Shown in pieces: positions 33,248-44,144 of a DNA stretch of 64,000 nucleotides. The position numbers were made by a program, and so were the translations under genes. The stretch is from Candidatus Bathyarchaeota archaeon. GTDB lineage: Archaea; Thermoproteota; Bathyarchaeia; Bathyarchaeales; DTEX01. How positions within the stretch are numbered: position 1 is the first letter of the stretch; every line of letters begins with the position of its first letter. The stretch covers positions 256,001 to 320,000 of the forward strand of contig CAVQNT010000006.1 in the NCBI GenBank assembly GCA_963714275.1. The letters are read 5' to 3'. The notes under the pieces were generated by a model. It did no database searches. It had not been told where the DNA came from and saw nothing but the letters and a program-made list of their open reading frames with translations.

Positions 33248-34477
33248 ATGGCGAAACCTGAAGAGCAAAAATCCGAGCGTCTCCTTATTTTGTGCGTTGA
33301 CCGAGATAACGACATAGGAAAAAAAACGCACATTGTGACCCCGATTGTAGGCAAAAAAGACAACATGGACTCAGCCCTTAAACTCATTCTCGCAGATCCG
33401 GAAGAGGCAGACGCCAACGCGATGTTCGAAGCGATAAGAGTGTTCGACAACCTTCAACAGGACCGAACGACAAACGACATCTACGAAATCGCCACCATAG
33501 CTGGCTCGGAACTCGGAGGAGTCTCAGCGGACCGAAAACTCGTCTCAGAGCTTACCGATGTCCTGAAAAGGTTCCAGGCAGACGGCTTAATTCTTGTCAC
33601 CGACGGGTTCTCAGACGAGGACATCATGCCTTTGATTCAGTCGAGGGTTCCTGTTTCTTCCGTGCGGAGAGTGATCGTGAAACACAGCGAGTCAATCGAG
33701 GAAACAGCCGCAGTCTTCTCGAAATACTGGAAAATGATCATGGAAGACCCACGGTACTCAAGGATTGTACTTGGATTACCCGGTATATTGCTGATTGCAG
33801 CGGGCATACTGGGTTATTTGGGCACATTCATACAATTTAACATTTACACTTGGACCGCGATCGTTGGGCTTATTATATTGGGCAGTTATCTAGTCGGTAA
33901 GGGGTATGGGCTTGACCATAAAATTTCGGAAGCTTTGTCCCGTCCGTACCATTACACGATTTCGGGTCTAGTAACAAACTTTGCGTTGATCGCAGGATTT
34001 CTTTTAGCCGGCGTTAGCCTCTATCAGGCATGGTCTTACATCAGTGCAACCTACAGCATTGGTTTTGAGTTCCCAATTGACACGGGAAAACTTTTGGAGC
34101 TTCTGCCACAAATAATCGGTTGGCTAATTGCAAAATCTGCAACTTTAGTCATCATCGGAGTCTGCGTGTCACTTGCGGGTAGGTCGGTTGGGTACATTTT
34201 GGACCATGATTCAAGGTTCTGGAGGACTACAGCTCTCGTAATCATCGCAGCATGGTCATGGACAATCCTCACCGAGGTTTCGTTAGTTATCCTGAATCCT
34301 TCGAGACCCACGGATGCACTTGTCGCCTCAACGATTGTGGGCATAATCGTCATAGTTGCTTCAGGACTTGGCACCCATTTCTTGGGCAGAAGATACCAGA
34401 ACATACTCAAAGACAGAGTGAAGAACAGAAAGAAACCAACGAAAAACAAGAAAAGGTCGAACCGAAGTAACCATTGA
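33248..34477 (+). CDS. DUF373 family membrane protein
   Basis: LCVDRDNDIG, DPEEADAN, VTDG..DE, LGLPG. Confidence 0.88.
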   Translation: MAKPEEQKSERLLILCVDRDNDIGKKTHIVTPIVGKKDNMDSALKLILADPEEADANAMFEAIRVFDNLQQDRTTNDIYEIATIAGSELGGVSADRKLVSELTDVLKRFQADGLILVTDGFSDEDIMPLIQSRVPVSSVRRVIVKHSESIEETAAVFSKYWKMIMEDPRYSRIVLGLPGILLIAAGILGYLGTFIQFNIYTWTAIVGLIILGSYLVGKGYGLDHKISEALSRPYHYTISGLVTNFALIAGFLLAGVSLYQAWSYISATYSIGFEFPIDTGKLLELLPQIIGWLIAKSATLVIIGVCVSLAGRSVGYILDHDSRFWRTTALVIIAAWSWTILTEVSLVILNPSRPTDALVASTIVGIIVIVASGLGTHFLGRRYQNILKDRVKNRKKPTKNKKRSNRSNH

Positions 34478-34537
34478 CCAAAAATATCTTATTAGGTGAA
34501 TATGTCATCATAAACTATGTTATAATTCATAAGGTTT

Positions 34538-34554
34538 TAATGGAAGTTCCATTA
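34538..34554. promoter_or_regulatory. Perfect palindrome upstream of uppS
   Basis: TAATGGAA-G-TTCCATTA. Confidence 0.45.
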
Positions 34555-34623
34555 TATGCCTAAAGTCTGTAACATTCATTTCGTTTATTCCATAAAGGAT
34601 ATTGTAATCGGAGATCCAGTATA

Positions 34624-35406
34624 ATGCTGAAAAGTCTGCTGTCAGCTTTAGGCGTTTATCGAATATACGAAAAGTGGCTTTTTGAACAAATCAAGAGCCA
34701 GCCAAAACCCGAGCATATAGCCATTATTCTGGATGGGAACCGAAGATGGGCGCAGAATCATTCCATGAACCCTAACGTTGGTCACTATTATGGTGCTGAC
34801 AAAACCGAAAAAGTGTTGAGATGGTGCCTCAACCTCGGAGTGAAGACGGTAACCTTCTACGCTTTCTCCACAGAAAACTTCACACGGTCGCCTGACGAAG
34901 TCAATGAACTCATGGGTTTATTCGATGAAAAGCTTCACCAAATTCTGGAAGACGAAGACATCCACAAGTACAAAGTTCGGGTGAAAGCCATTGGAAGACT
35001 GAACCAACTGCCCGAGAACCTGCAGGACTTAATAATGAAGGTTGAGGAAGCAACCAAGGATTACGATAAACATTTTCTGAACTTAGCCATGGCTTACGGT
35101 GGAAGGGCTGAGATTGTTGACGCTGCGAAGGAAATTGCCCAACACATAGTTGACGGAACTTTATCGCCGAACGAGATAGACGAGGAAGTCTTCGAAAAAC
35201 ACCTTTACACATCGTACCTGCCAAAACAGGACCCAGACCTGATCATCAGAACCTCCGGAGAAGAAAGGTTAAGCGGTTTCCTCTTGTATCAATCAGCCTA
35301 CAGCGAACTTTTTTTCCTCGATGTTTACTGGCCAGAGTTCAGACTCATAGACATTCTGAGAGCCATCAGAACCTTCCAGAAACGGAAAAGACGGTTCGGT
35401 CAATAG
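34624..35406 (+). CDS. uppS: cis-Polyprenyl diphosphate synthase
   Basis: ILDGNRRWA, FSTENF.R, YGGR, RTSGEERLS, RRFG. Confidence 0.96.
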   Translation: MLKSLLSALGVYRIYEKWLFEQIKSQPKPEHIAIILDGNRRWAQNHSMNPNVGHYYGADKTEKVLRWCLNLGVKTVTFYAFSTENFTRSPDEVNELMGLFDEKLHQILEDEDIHKYKVRVKAIGRLNQLPENLQDLIMKVEEATKDYDKHFLNLAMAYGGRAEIVDAAKEIAQHIVDGTLSPNEIDEEVFEKHLYTSYLPKQDPDLIIRTSGEERLSGFLLYQSAYSELFFLDVYWPEFRLIDILRAIRTFQKRKRRFGQ

Positions 35407-35408
35407 TT

Positions 35409-36254
35409 TTATTTTACGGTTCTGTAGATGCAACCTGTCATAATGTGTTTTACAGGAACTTCGGGGAATTGTTTCTGTATATAATGTGCGAGCATCTTCA
35501 TTCCTGGTTCCTCTGACGTGGCGTGGTTAACCACAATAATGGGCACTCCTGAATCGTGGGACCACTGCCCAGACTCCCAAATCTCTGTTCCGTCGTCAGT
35601 TACCAATAATACATCAGCTCCTCAAATTGTACATCTCGCGGTAATTAGTAATAGCGCCTGTGCCAACAGTGTATCCTTGAAACAATTTTCTTTTTTGTCA
35701 CCAATCACGTGAACAACATCTTGACCTAAGGGTCTTACTCGCTCCAGAATTTTTCGAGTTAACTCGTCAACTGTGATGTTTCCGACATTGTGGACTTCAT
35801 AAAACATTTTCGATGCCACAGGCTTTCCACTAAAGCCTAACCATTTTGCCCACGCTCCATGTATTCCAGTATCTGGAAAATCGTCCCAGAAATCGTGGCA
35901 CCTGTAAACGGTGAAGCCTTTCTCCTTGAGCCATTCGTGCTTCCTTATCCACACGTCATCCTCTTTGATGGTCATTCCTTTCAGACGTTTCAGGTGATTG
36001 TCGACGAATGGAGTGCCGCCCACTATCTTGCCTTCGTCGTCAACGGTCACAGCGCAGAGAGGCTCATGCGTTACGAACATGTTGCATCCAAAATTCAATG
36101 CCTTTTCAAGGTTAGCAAACGTCGGCATCCACGAAACCGCTATGCCCTTAACTTCCAAGTCTTTATTACCAAAAAGAAATTGGTCAACCGTGTTTTCCCA
36201 GTTAACCCATTTACCAACTTTTTGCATGTGTTTGTGTAGTTCCCAAGCCTTCAT
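35409..36254 (-). CDS. Nif3-like dinuclear metal protein (several apparent indels)
   Basis: THEP, RCHD.WD, GTGA (corrected frame), NHATSEEPGM. Confidence 0.8.
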
Positions 36255-36351
36255 ACAGCCATTCTCCTTGGTCGGTTGTGTGTACAGGGTATTGTGATAC
36301 AAATAGTTTCCATAAAACATTGCTGACTGATGATACTTTAAACTGTTTTTC

Positions 36352-37560
36352 TTAGGCTCTTTTCTTCGCGCTAATTATGGATATTATGTCCCGGTCCTGA
36401 AGCACATGGTCTTCTCCGCGTCTCATTCTGGTTTTAGCGTCAACTGCATGAATGAAGTTTTCTCCAAGTTCAGTGTGAATTATGTACGCCAGTTCCCTCG
36501 CGGTTGTTCCTTTCGGAATAAGCCTTGCGTCAGGAAGGACCCTGCCATTGTGGTCAGACAGCCTTTCGGTGTCCTCAACGGTATAAACAACTATCATGTC
36601 AAGCAGCTCGAAAAACGCGGTGTTGATAGCTTCTTGAACGCCTGTTGTTCTGTGTTGAAGAACCTTGTCACGGACGATTTCCAAGGCTTTCTTTTGTCTG
36701 TCAACCATATTGGCTGGGTCTTTAACTTCGAAATCTCTGTCTCCTGGCAGATACCTTATCAGCCCCTTCTCGGCTGCTCTTCTTAGAGCCAGCTCAGCCT
36801 CCGCGCAGCACGGAACAACAGTGTGTCCTGTTTCCTTCAATCTTTCAACGTTTTCTTCCGATGGAGACACATCTATTTTGTTCGCAGCAATTAACATTGG
36901 CTTCGAGACAGTTCGTAAAGTATCGACAAATCCAAAGAATTCCTCGTCGTTCCACGTCGTAGGCTTGTCAGCGGGTAACCCCGTTTTGTGCAGAGCTTCC
37001 AAAATGTGTTTACGGTTTATAGAAAGCCCACTAAGCCTTTCTTCCAGAGCAGAAAAAAGGTCCGTCCGTGAGGATTCAACGGTTCTCGCGATTTTGAGCC
37101 AGTCGCGCTTCAAGATTTGGACAATCCACATCGTAATCTCTCTTTCAAGAAACCTGACGTCCTCAAGAGGGTCGTGCGTTCCAGGTTTAACCAGCCTTCC
37201 CTCAAGGTCCGTTGAGCCAGCAGCGTCCACGATGTGGATGAGAGCGTCAGCTTTCCGTACCTCGTCAAGAAACTGGTTTCCCAGTCCTCTTCCCTGCCAA
37301 GCGTCAGGCACAAGCCCAGCTGTGTCGACAAGCTCAACCGGAATCAGCCTTACGCCGTCGATGCATACAGAGTTCACGGGGTTGTCTTTCACGTTGAGTT
37401 CCTTGCAGACGCATTGTGTCCTGAGGTATCCTATTCCGCGGTTAGGCTTAATCGTGGTGAATGGGTAGTTCGCTATCTCAACAGTGGCAAGGGTTGCTGC
37501 GCTGAAAAAAGTAGACTTGCCCACGTTCGGTTTCCCGACGATTCCGACAAGAAACGTTAT
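36352..37560 (-). CDS. ychF: YchF/Obg-family ATPase with TGS domain
   Basis: GIVGKPNVGKST, NYPFTT, DTAGL, ANKID, IHTELG; probable ATA start. Confidence 0.93.
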   Translation of the reverse strand: MTFLVGIVGKPNVGKSTFFSAATLATVEIANYPFTTIKPNRGIGYLRTQCVCKELNVKDNPVNSVCIDGVRLIPVELVDTAGLVPDAWQGRGLGNQFLDEVRKADALIHIVDAAGSTDLEGRLVKPGTHDPLEDVRFLEREITMWIVQILKRDWLKIARTVESSRTDLFSALEERLSGLSINRKHILEALHKTGLPADKPTTWNDEEFFGFVDTLRTVSKPMLIAANKIDVSPSEENVERLKETGHTVVPCCAEAELALRRAAEKGLIRYLPGDRDFEVKDPANMVDRQKKALEIVRDKVLQHRTTGVQEAINTAFFELLDMIVVYTVEDTERLSDHNGRVLPDARLIPKGTTARELAYIIHTELGENFIHAVDAKTRMRRGEDHVLQDRDIISIISAKKRA

Positions 37561-37736
37561 TGCAGGTCACCCATCACAAGATTTTGTACGCAACCCAATA
37601 ACTCATCCATACTAATAAAATTGCTTTACATTTAGCCATAATAAGAATAGCGTCAATGATTGGAATCAAGGTTTCATTTATGCATTTTCTTTCAAACGCA
37701 TAAAGGAAATATTGCTAATTTTTTCTTGGTTATGTG

Positions 37737-39127
37737 CTAGGATTTTATTGGGACACTTTTTTCTCTTTTCATTATTTCCTTTGCTACTATGACGCCGCTT
37801 GCGCTTGCCTGAATCAGCCCTCGGGTTACTCCGGCTCCGTCGCCTACTGTGAAAAGGTTCCGAATCCGGGTTTCTAGGCTTTCGTTCAGTTCCAGCCGGG
37901 ATGAATAGAACTTTACCTCAACGCCGTAAAGTAAAGTGTGCTTACTCGACACGCCGGGCGCAACCTTGTCTAAGGCGTCTAGCATCTCACGAATATCCGC
38001 CAAATAACGGTAGGGCAAGACGAAGCTGAGGTCTCCAGGCACCGCGTTCTTCAAGGTTGGCTTCACGACGCTTCTGCCGATGCGTTCTTCTGTTGACCTT
38101 CTGCCCAAGTCCAAGTCACCGAGTCTTTGTATGATGACGCATCCACTCAGCAGGTTCGCGAGACGCGCGATATACTCGCCGTACGCGATGGGCTCCCTGA
38201 ACGGATACGTAAAGGATGTGCTGACCAGAATAGCGAAGTTCGTGTTCTCGGTTTTCCTTTCAGCGTAGCTTTGCCCGTTCACGCTGATTACTCCACCGTA
38301 GGATTCAGTTATAACCTCGCCATATGGTGCCACGCAGAACGTTCTAACTTGGTCGTCGAAAGCCTTTGAATAATAGATGAACTTAGGCTCGTAAAGAATG
38401 TCGGTAAGCTTCTCCATGACGGACGAAAGCGTTTCAACCCTGACTCCGACGTCAACCGGGTTGTTGAGGGTTCTCAAACCTAACGATTGGGCTTCGCACT
38501 TCAGCCATTCTGCACCGACACGTCCCGGCGCCACTATAACGTATTTTCCGACCAGCTTTTCGCTGTCTGCAGTTTCGACGCCTTGAGCCTTCTTGTCTTT
38601 AACTAGTAAGCTTTTCACCTCGGTTCTCGTCCGAACCTCCACACGGTCGTTGAGTTCCCGGCGCATTTTCTGTAGAATCTCGGCGCATTTATCTGTCCCA
38701 AGATGCCTTATTCTCTGACGAATAAGCTTTAACCCAGCTAACGCGCCCTCCCTTTCGATTCTTTCAACCTCATCCTGATCGTTGCCATAGACGGTCGGAG
38801 AATTGCCGTATTTCGTGTAGGTTTTATCAACGTAGTCGAGTAAGCCTGCCAGCGCGTCTTGACCGATATATTCGTCCAGCCAGCCACCTACAGAAGTGGA
38901 AAGCGTAAGCTTACCGTCACTGAAAGCACCTGCGCCGCCCCAACCTGAAAGAAGCATGCATGGATTGCATTTTACGCAGCCTAATCCCCTGCTCGCGGGG
39001 CATTTGCGTTTGTCGATGTCTGGTCCCTGGTCAAGCATGAGTATGCTGAGGTCTGTGTTTTTGGCCACTCAAGAGCCGAAAAGATTCCCGCTGGACCGGC
39101 ACCAACAATTATTACGTCATACGCCAA
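37737..39127 (-). CDS. FAD-dependent oxidoreductase (COG2509-like; one apparent indel)
   Basis: VIIVGAGPAG, GGAGAFSDGKL, EVKFYS, GDGAGVTRG. Confidence 0.88.
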
Positions 39128-39297
39128 AACCGATTCTTCCCAGAGTAGATACAACATTGTGGATATATGCTTTTTCTTTTGTTTCACAGTTCAGTTCATT
39201 GCGTTATGTTCGGTTTCGTTGCTGAATCGATTTTTTTTGAGACAATGTGATAACTGTAATATACTTGGCGTGGAATATTCCTTGTCAGTGCATCGTA

Positions 39298-39734
39298 ATG
39301 CAGGAAAATAGTTCAGGCATCATCGTTTTCCGAACTGTTCTCGGACAAAGGCTGTACCTTCTTTTACATTACCATTACAAAGGCGACTACTGGGATTTCC
39401 CTCGCGGTAACATCAGGGAACCCGAGACCCCCAGAATGGCAGCTGATAAGAGAAACAGAAGAAGAAACTGGGCTTTCAGCCAACCAGTCTCAGAATCGTC
39501 GAAGGATTCGAAGAAAACGTCAAATGGTTCTACAGGCTCAACGAGAAAACAGTCCATAAACAGGTCACCTATTTTCTGGCTGAAACCGAAAACGAAGATG
39601 TAAAAATTTCTGAGGAACATGTGGGCGCAAGGTGGCTAAGCTTCGAGGACGCCTTAAGCCTTCTAAAGTACAGAAACTCGAAGAAACTACTGAAAAAAGC
39701 CGAAAATTACCTAAGGAAACTCGAAGAGCTCTAG
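39298..39734 (+). CDS. NUDIX hydrolase (Ap4A hydrolase-like; two apparent indels)
   Basis: WDFPRG, corrected Nudix box AAIRETEEETG, SEEH. Confidence 0.85.
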
Positions 39735-39740
39735 TTTGTG

Positions 39741-40951
39741 CTATTTCCAGTCCAGCAGCCTTTTTTCGCCTTCGATTTTTTTGATGTCAGTGATATCCTG
39801 TGTAACTTCTAGGCAACCCAAATATGCACCCTTTCTATCTCTGACTGCAAAGTACCGGATGAGAACAAGCCTGTTTTTAAGGTTTAACCAGAATTCAGCT
39901 ATGTCCCGGTTACCTTTTTTGAAAGCATCCAGAATCTGGTTGACTATATGTATACTTTTCTGGGGATGGCATTGCTGAACCTTGCGTCCCACGATGGCTT
40001 TTGTTCTCACAAAGATTCTTTCTTTGCCTTGACTGAAGTAGCGCACGGTGTCATCCTTGTCCCACGAATGTCAAGTCCATGGGCAACGTGTTAATCATAT
40101 CTTCCAGCTCCGCCATCGAAAACGACCCAGTCTCCAATTGGATGGAACCCGCTAACGCCTGCACAGGAGCTGAAGATTCAGGCTCTTTCATTCCGAAGGT
40201 AATCGGTTGAGGAGTAAGACAGCAGTAACCTATCTCGTCAAACTGTCTTCTTATGTCGATCCACTCGTCCGCGGCAATCACGTTCAATGTTGTTGGGAAA
40301 AGAATGTTGTTTTCCTTGTAGAAGTGGTTTGAAAGCATCTCGCCCAAGGCAAGGGCTGTCTCTTCAAGATTAACCGCAAAATCCTGAAAATTTGACTCAT
40401 TTCTCGTCTTGACTGTTGCGAATAATCCTTTTTCGATTTGCCTAATCCCGTCATGATCCATCCACATAATCGCTGGTGGCTGTGTAACGCCATGCTTCTC
40501 CAAGTGCGGGAAAAGAACGTTCTCTTCCCGCATGTAATGGCTCTCCGACTCCTTCAGATGTTCAACAATGTGGTTCAGATGTTCCATCTCATCTTCTGAG
40601 GCTTGGTAATTACCAGATTTCTTCACTGTTTTTGTAACTTTGTTGAGGTCACCAGCGAACCCTAAAAGGATTTTGTGCTCCTCCATCAGAATCCGTATCG
40701 GGTGACCCTCAGGAGCCTGAATTTTTTCTTTTTCTATTACGTCCTTGAACAGTGCAAGGTGAACCTCGCACAGCCCATGGATTTCCTCGCGGAGCATACC
40801 CTCAGCCACAGCTCTCCTTCTATATGCGCAATTTCGGTGGACGTGACTCCTCCAGTATTTTTTTGAGTTTAGCCTTAGTTACCTCTGGGTCTGCACCTTC
40901 ATGTAAACCTCTAATCAGTTTTTTCAACGCTTCCTTTTTGTCTGCTAACAC
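39741..40951 (-). CDS. DUF438 / hemerythrin / PAS domain protein (apparent indels)
   Basis: LCEVH, GHPI, HY.REEN.LFP, H.YKENNILFP, CHP, GCLEV. Confidence 0.85.
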
Positions 40952-41052
40952 AAAAAATCCTTCCTTATTCTGCAGAATGATTGCGTGGTCTATTCTTATG
41001 TTATAAGTCATTGGATTCAGATAAATATTTACTGAAAAATTTTTTAGTGAAT

Positions 41053-41892
41053 TTATAGGTCGACAATGCCTTCGAAGGCTTTCTCAGCCGTTCCAGTCAT
41101 AAGGATTCTGTTGTCCCGAAGTTCTATTTTCAAGTCGCCGCCCAAAAGGTGAACAACGCACAAATTGTCAACCTTTCCAAGAATGTTCGCAGCAACTACC
41201 GTCGCACACGCCCCGGTTCCGCATGCCAACGTTTCCCCGACTCCACGTTCCCACACGCGTAATTTAATTTCGTTCCGGTTTAAGATTTGTGCGAACTCAG
41301 CGTTTATTCTTGCAGGAAACATTTTGTGGTTCTCGATTTGGGATCCGACTGTGCCGACAGGGAAGTTTTCTGTGTTGTCGACGAAGATTACGCAGTGCGG
41401 GTTTCCGACTGAAACGCACGTCATTTTGTAGTTGGCGCCTTCCACTTGGAGGTCTTCGTTGACGCATTTCCCGTTTCCGACGACGGGTATCCGCGACCTT
41501 TCAAGGATAGGTTCACCCATGTCAACCGTTACGGAGGAAACTTTGCCTTTTTCTGTGTCCAGCCAGACGGTTTTTACTCCAGCTAAAGTCTCAATTTTTT
41601 GCTCTTTACTGTTGGCTACACCGTTTTCGTAGCAGTATTTGGCGAAGCACCTGACGCCATTTCCAGAGGTTTCGGCTTCGCTTCCGTCGGCGTTGAATAT
41701 CCGCATTTTCGCGTCCGCAACCGACGAGTTGCTTACGACGAGTATTCCGTCTGCGCCTATCGAGAAGTACCTTTTACACAGTTTCTCCGCTGTTTTGCGG
41801 AGCTCTTTTTCTGGAATCTGTCTGTTCCTATTGTCTACGACGACGAAGTCGTTGCCCAGCCCATGCATCTTCCAGAAGCCTATCTTAACCAA
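41053..41892 (-). CDS. dapF: Diaminopimelate epimerase
   Basis: KMHGLGNDF, NADGSE, GNPH, ERGVGETLACGTG; first catalytic Cys position reads Ser (ETSGNG). Confidence 0.9.
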   Translation of the reverse strand: MVKIGFWKMHGLGNDFVVVDNRNRQIPEKELRKTAEKLCKRYFSIGADGILVVSNSSVADAKMRIFNADGSEAETSGNGVRCFAKYCYENGVANSKEQKIETLAGVKTVWLDTEKGKVSSVTVDMGEPILERSRIPVVGNGKCVNEDLQVEGANYKMTCVSVGNPHCVIFVDNTENFPVGTVGSQIENHKMFPARINAEFAQILNRNEIKLRVWERGVGETLACGTGACATVVAANILGKVDNLCVVHLLGGDLKIELRDNRILMTGTAEKAFEGIVDL

Positions 41893-42047
41893 TCAATGTC
41901 ACACACCAGAAAAAATATGACCTTGATTAACTACTTTTCGGTTCAAGCCTTTCTCAACCGCAAATTTCGGTTTTACGGCTTTTGTATCATGAATAGATTG
42001 CTGTCAGACCTGTTTCAAGAGAATCTTAACATCAAAGGAACTCAAAT

Positions 42048-44017
42048 CTATACATCCCTTAATGTTATCGCTTGATAGGAGGTCTCTGAACTCTGTTCCG
42101 TTGCAGGGCACACGCTGACTTCATTATTGTTGTGGTTCAGTGCAAATATAACGCGATGTTCTGAGCTCACTCTTTCTGTCGCTTCAAACCCAGCAACGGA
42201 AGGCAAAATTGGCCTAGCTTTTCCTTGGTTAATGAGCCAATCCACTAAGTCTAGGAGGAAACCTCTTTCAGCGAAGGTTCCCACATAAATCGCTGTTCCT
42301 TTACCGAAGCTGTTGGAAGTGACGGCTGGTTTACCCTTGTAGTTCCCTGTCTTATAGTAAGCAACTGCTCTTGCCTCCTGAGGCGCGAGAATTTCAGCCC
42401 AGTTCCTGCATTCATGAACGTTCTGTTTGCCGAGCTCGGTTTCCACTGTTTCCAGCTTGGCCTTTTCTTCGCCTGGTAGCCCCGTGTATTCTTCTATGGT
42501 TGTTCCGAAAACGTCGGACAGGCATCCGGGCAACGTTTCTTCGGTTATGTTGTTGTTCCAGTTCTTCGCGCCTGTTCTCGGCGTGGCTATTAGGGTGCCC
42601 CCGTCTTTTACGTAGGCTCTCAGTTTCTCCTCGGCCCTCTTGCACAACAGCATCAGCGACGGAACGAACACAACCTTGTATTGTCTTACGTCCTCGAACG
42701 TTGGCTCCACAAAATCGACCAGTATGTTCCTCGCATAAAGGGCGCTGAAGCAGTCCAGCGTCGGCTCCCAGGATGTTTCGCCATAATAGTTTCTGTCTCC
42801 GAGCGGAACTTCTAGGTCCCAAGCCCAGATGTTGTCGTACACGAGCGTTACTGCGACTTCAGGCTTAACCGTTGACCGTTCAATGTAGGGCGTAATCATC
42901 TGTAGTTCTTTCGACGCTTTTTTGACTTCTGCGTACCTTCTTCGTGGGACTCCGTCGTGGTCAAGGATTCCGTGCCAGTATTCTTCAGCTCCCGAACCTG
43001 CATGTTCGCCACCTGAAATAGACTACGCCGTCCGCTCCTCTAGCAACCGACTGGTGTGTCCAAAGCCTAATCTGTCCAGGTAATGGAATGGGTGCCTGAT
43101 TGGAAACAACAGCTCCTGACTGAAGACTCCATAATCCAGTAGGGCTTCTTCTTTAGGCTCCGCATAATGTCGTGGCACATCGCCAAAGGAGCAAGGTCCA
43201 ACTGTGCCCCCCACTTCGGGTAATAGTCAAAGCAGACAAGGTCAAGCGGTTCAGCGAGCCTAAAGTAGTCCAAGCTTTTGTACATGCCCATGAAATTGTG
43301 CGTCACAAACTGGTTAGATGTATATTTGCGGATTACGTCGACCTGCATTTTTTGGTATTTTACCCAAGAATCACTCGTGAAACGCCGCCACTCAAGGTTG
43401 AGGCTTGGGCTCTGCATCGTTGTAGGCGGTCGGGGCGGGTAAATCTCGTCCCATTCTCCGTACTGTTGCCCCCAAAACGTGAGCCCGCACTCCTCGTTCA
43501 ACTTCTCTAGAGAACCGTACTTGGCTTTCAACCAGTCTCTGAAGGCATCTACACAATTTTTGCAGTAACAGGGGTCGCCCATGAACTCGTTGTCTACTTG
43601 CCAGCCTACGACGTTCGGGTTGTCCTTGTAATGAAGGACCATGGCTTCTGCGATTCGTCTCGAAAGCTGGTTGTAGGCAGGATTGTTGGGACAATAGTTC
43701 TTCCTTGTTCCTTCAGGCGCTCTTCTGCCATAACCGTCAACCCGCAGAATGTCGGGATGAGCCTTAATTATCCAAGGAGGAGGAGCAGCCGTAGGAGTGC
43801 CCAGAACCGCTTTGATGCCTTTTCCTGAAAGAGTTTCTATGGCTTTGTCTAACCATTCAAAACTGTATTCGCCTTTTCTCAGCTCCATTTTGCTCCACGC
43901 GAACTCAGCGAGCCGAACAACGTTGAATCCAGCCTCATTCATCATGGCAGCGTCTTTTGGCCACCTTTTTTCTGACCAATGTTCAGGATAATAGTCTATT
44001 CCAAATGGGAAAGACAA
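42048..44017 (-). CDS. Beta-galactosidase, GH42 (apparent indels; 3' end approximate)
   Basis: DYYPEHW, EFAWS, WQVDNE, THNFM, WIME, FRW, EEYWHG. Confidence 0.92.
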
Positions 44018-44144
44018 CGGAATTTCGCTCCAAACTTGTTCTTTGACAACTCATAAGCAACCAACCCAAATAATACTTTTCACCAATAATCAGCATTAAC
44101 CAAAATGGCGAACAGGTTTAAGTGTAAAAAAGGTCCTAGTTTTC

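Noticed and set aside
36665-37468. Long antisense ORFs (this one, 44268-45053, 23680-24366 and similar)
   Set aside because: They shadow well-supported genes on the opposite strand and have no recognisable motifs.
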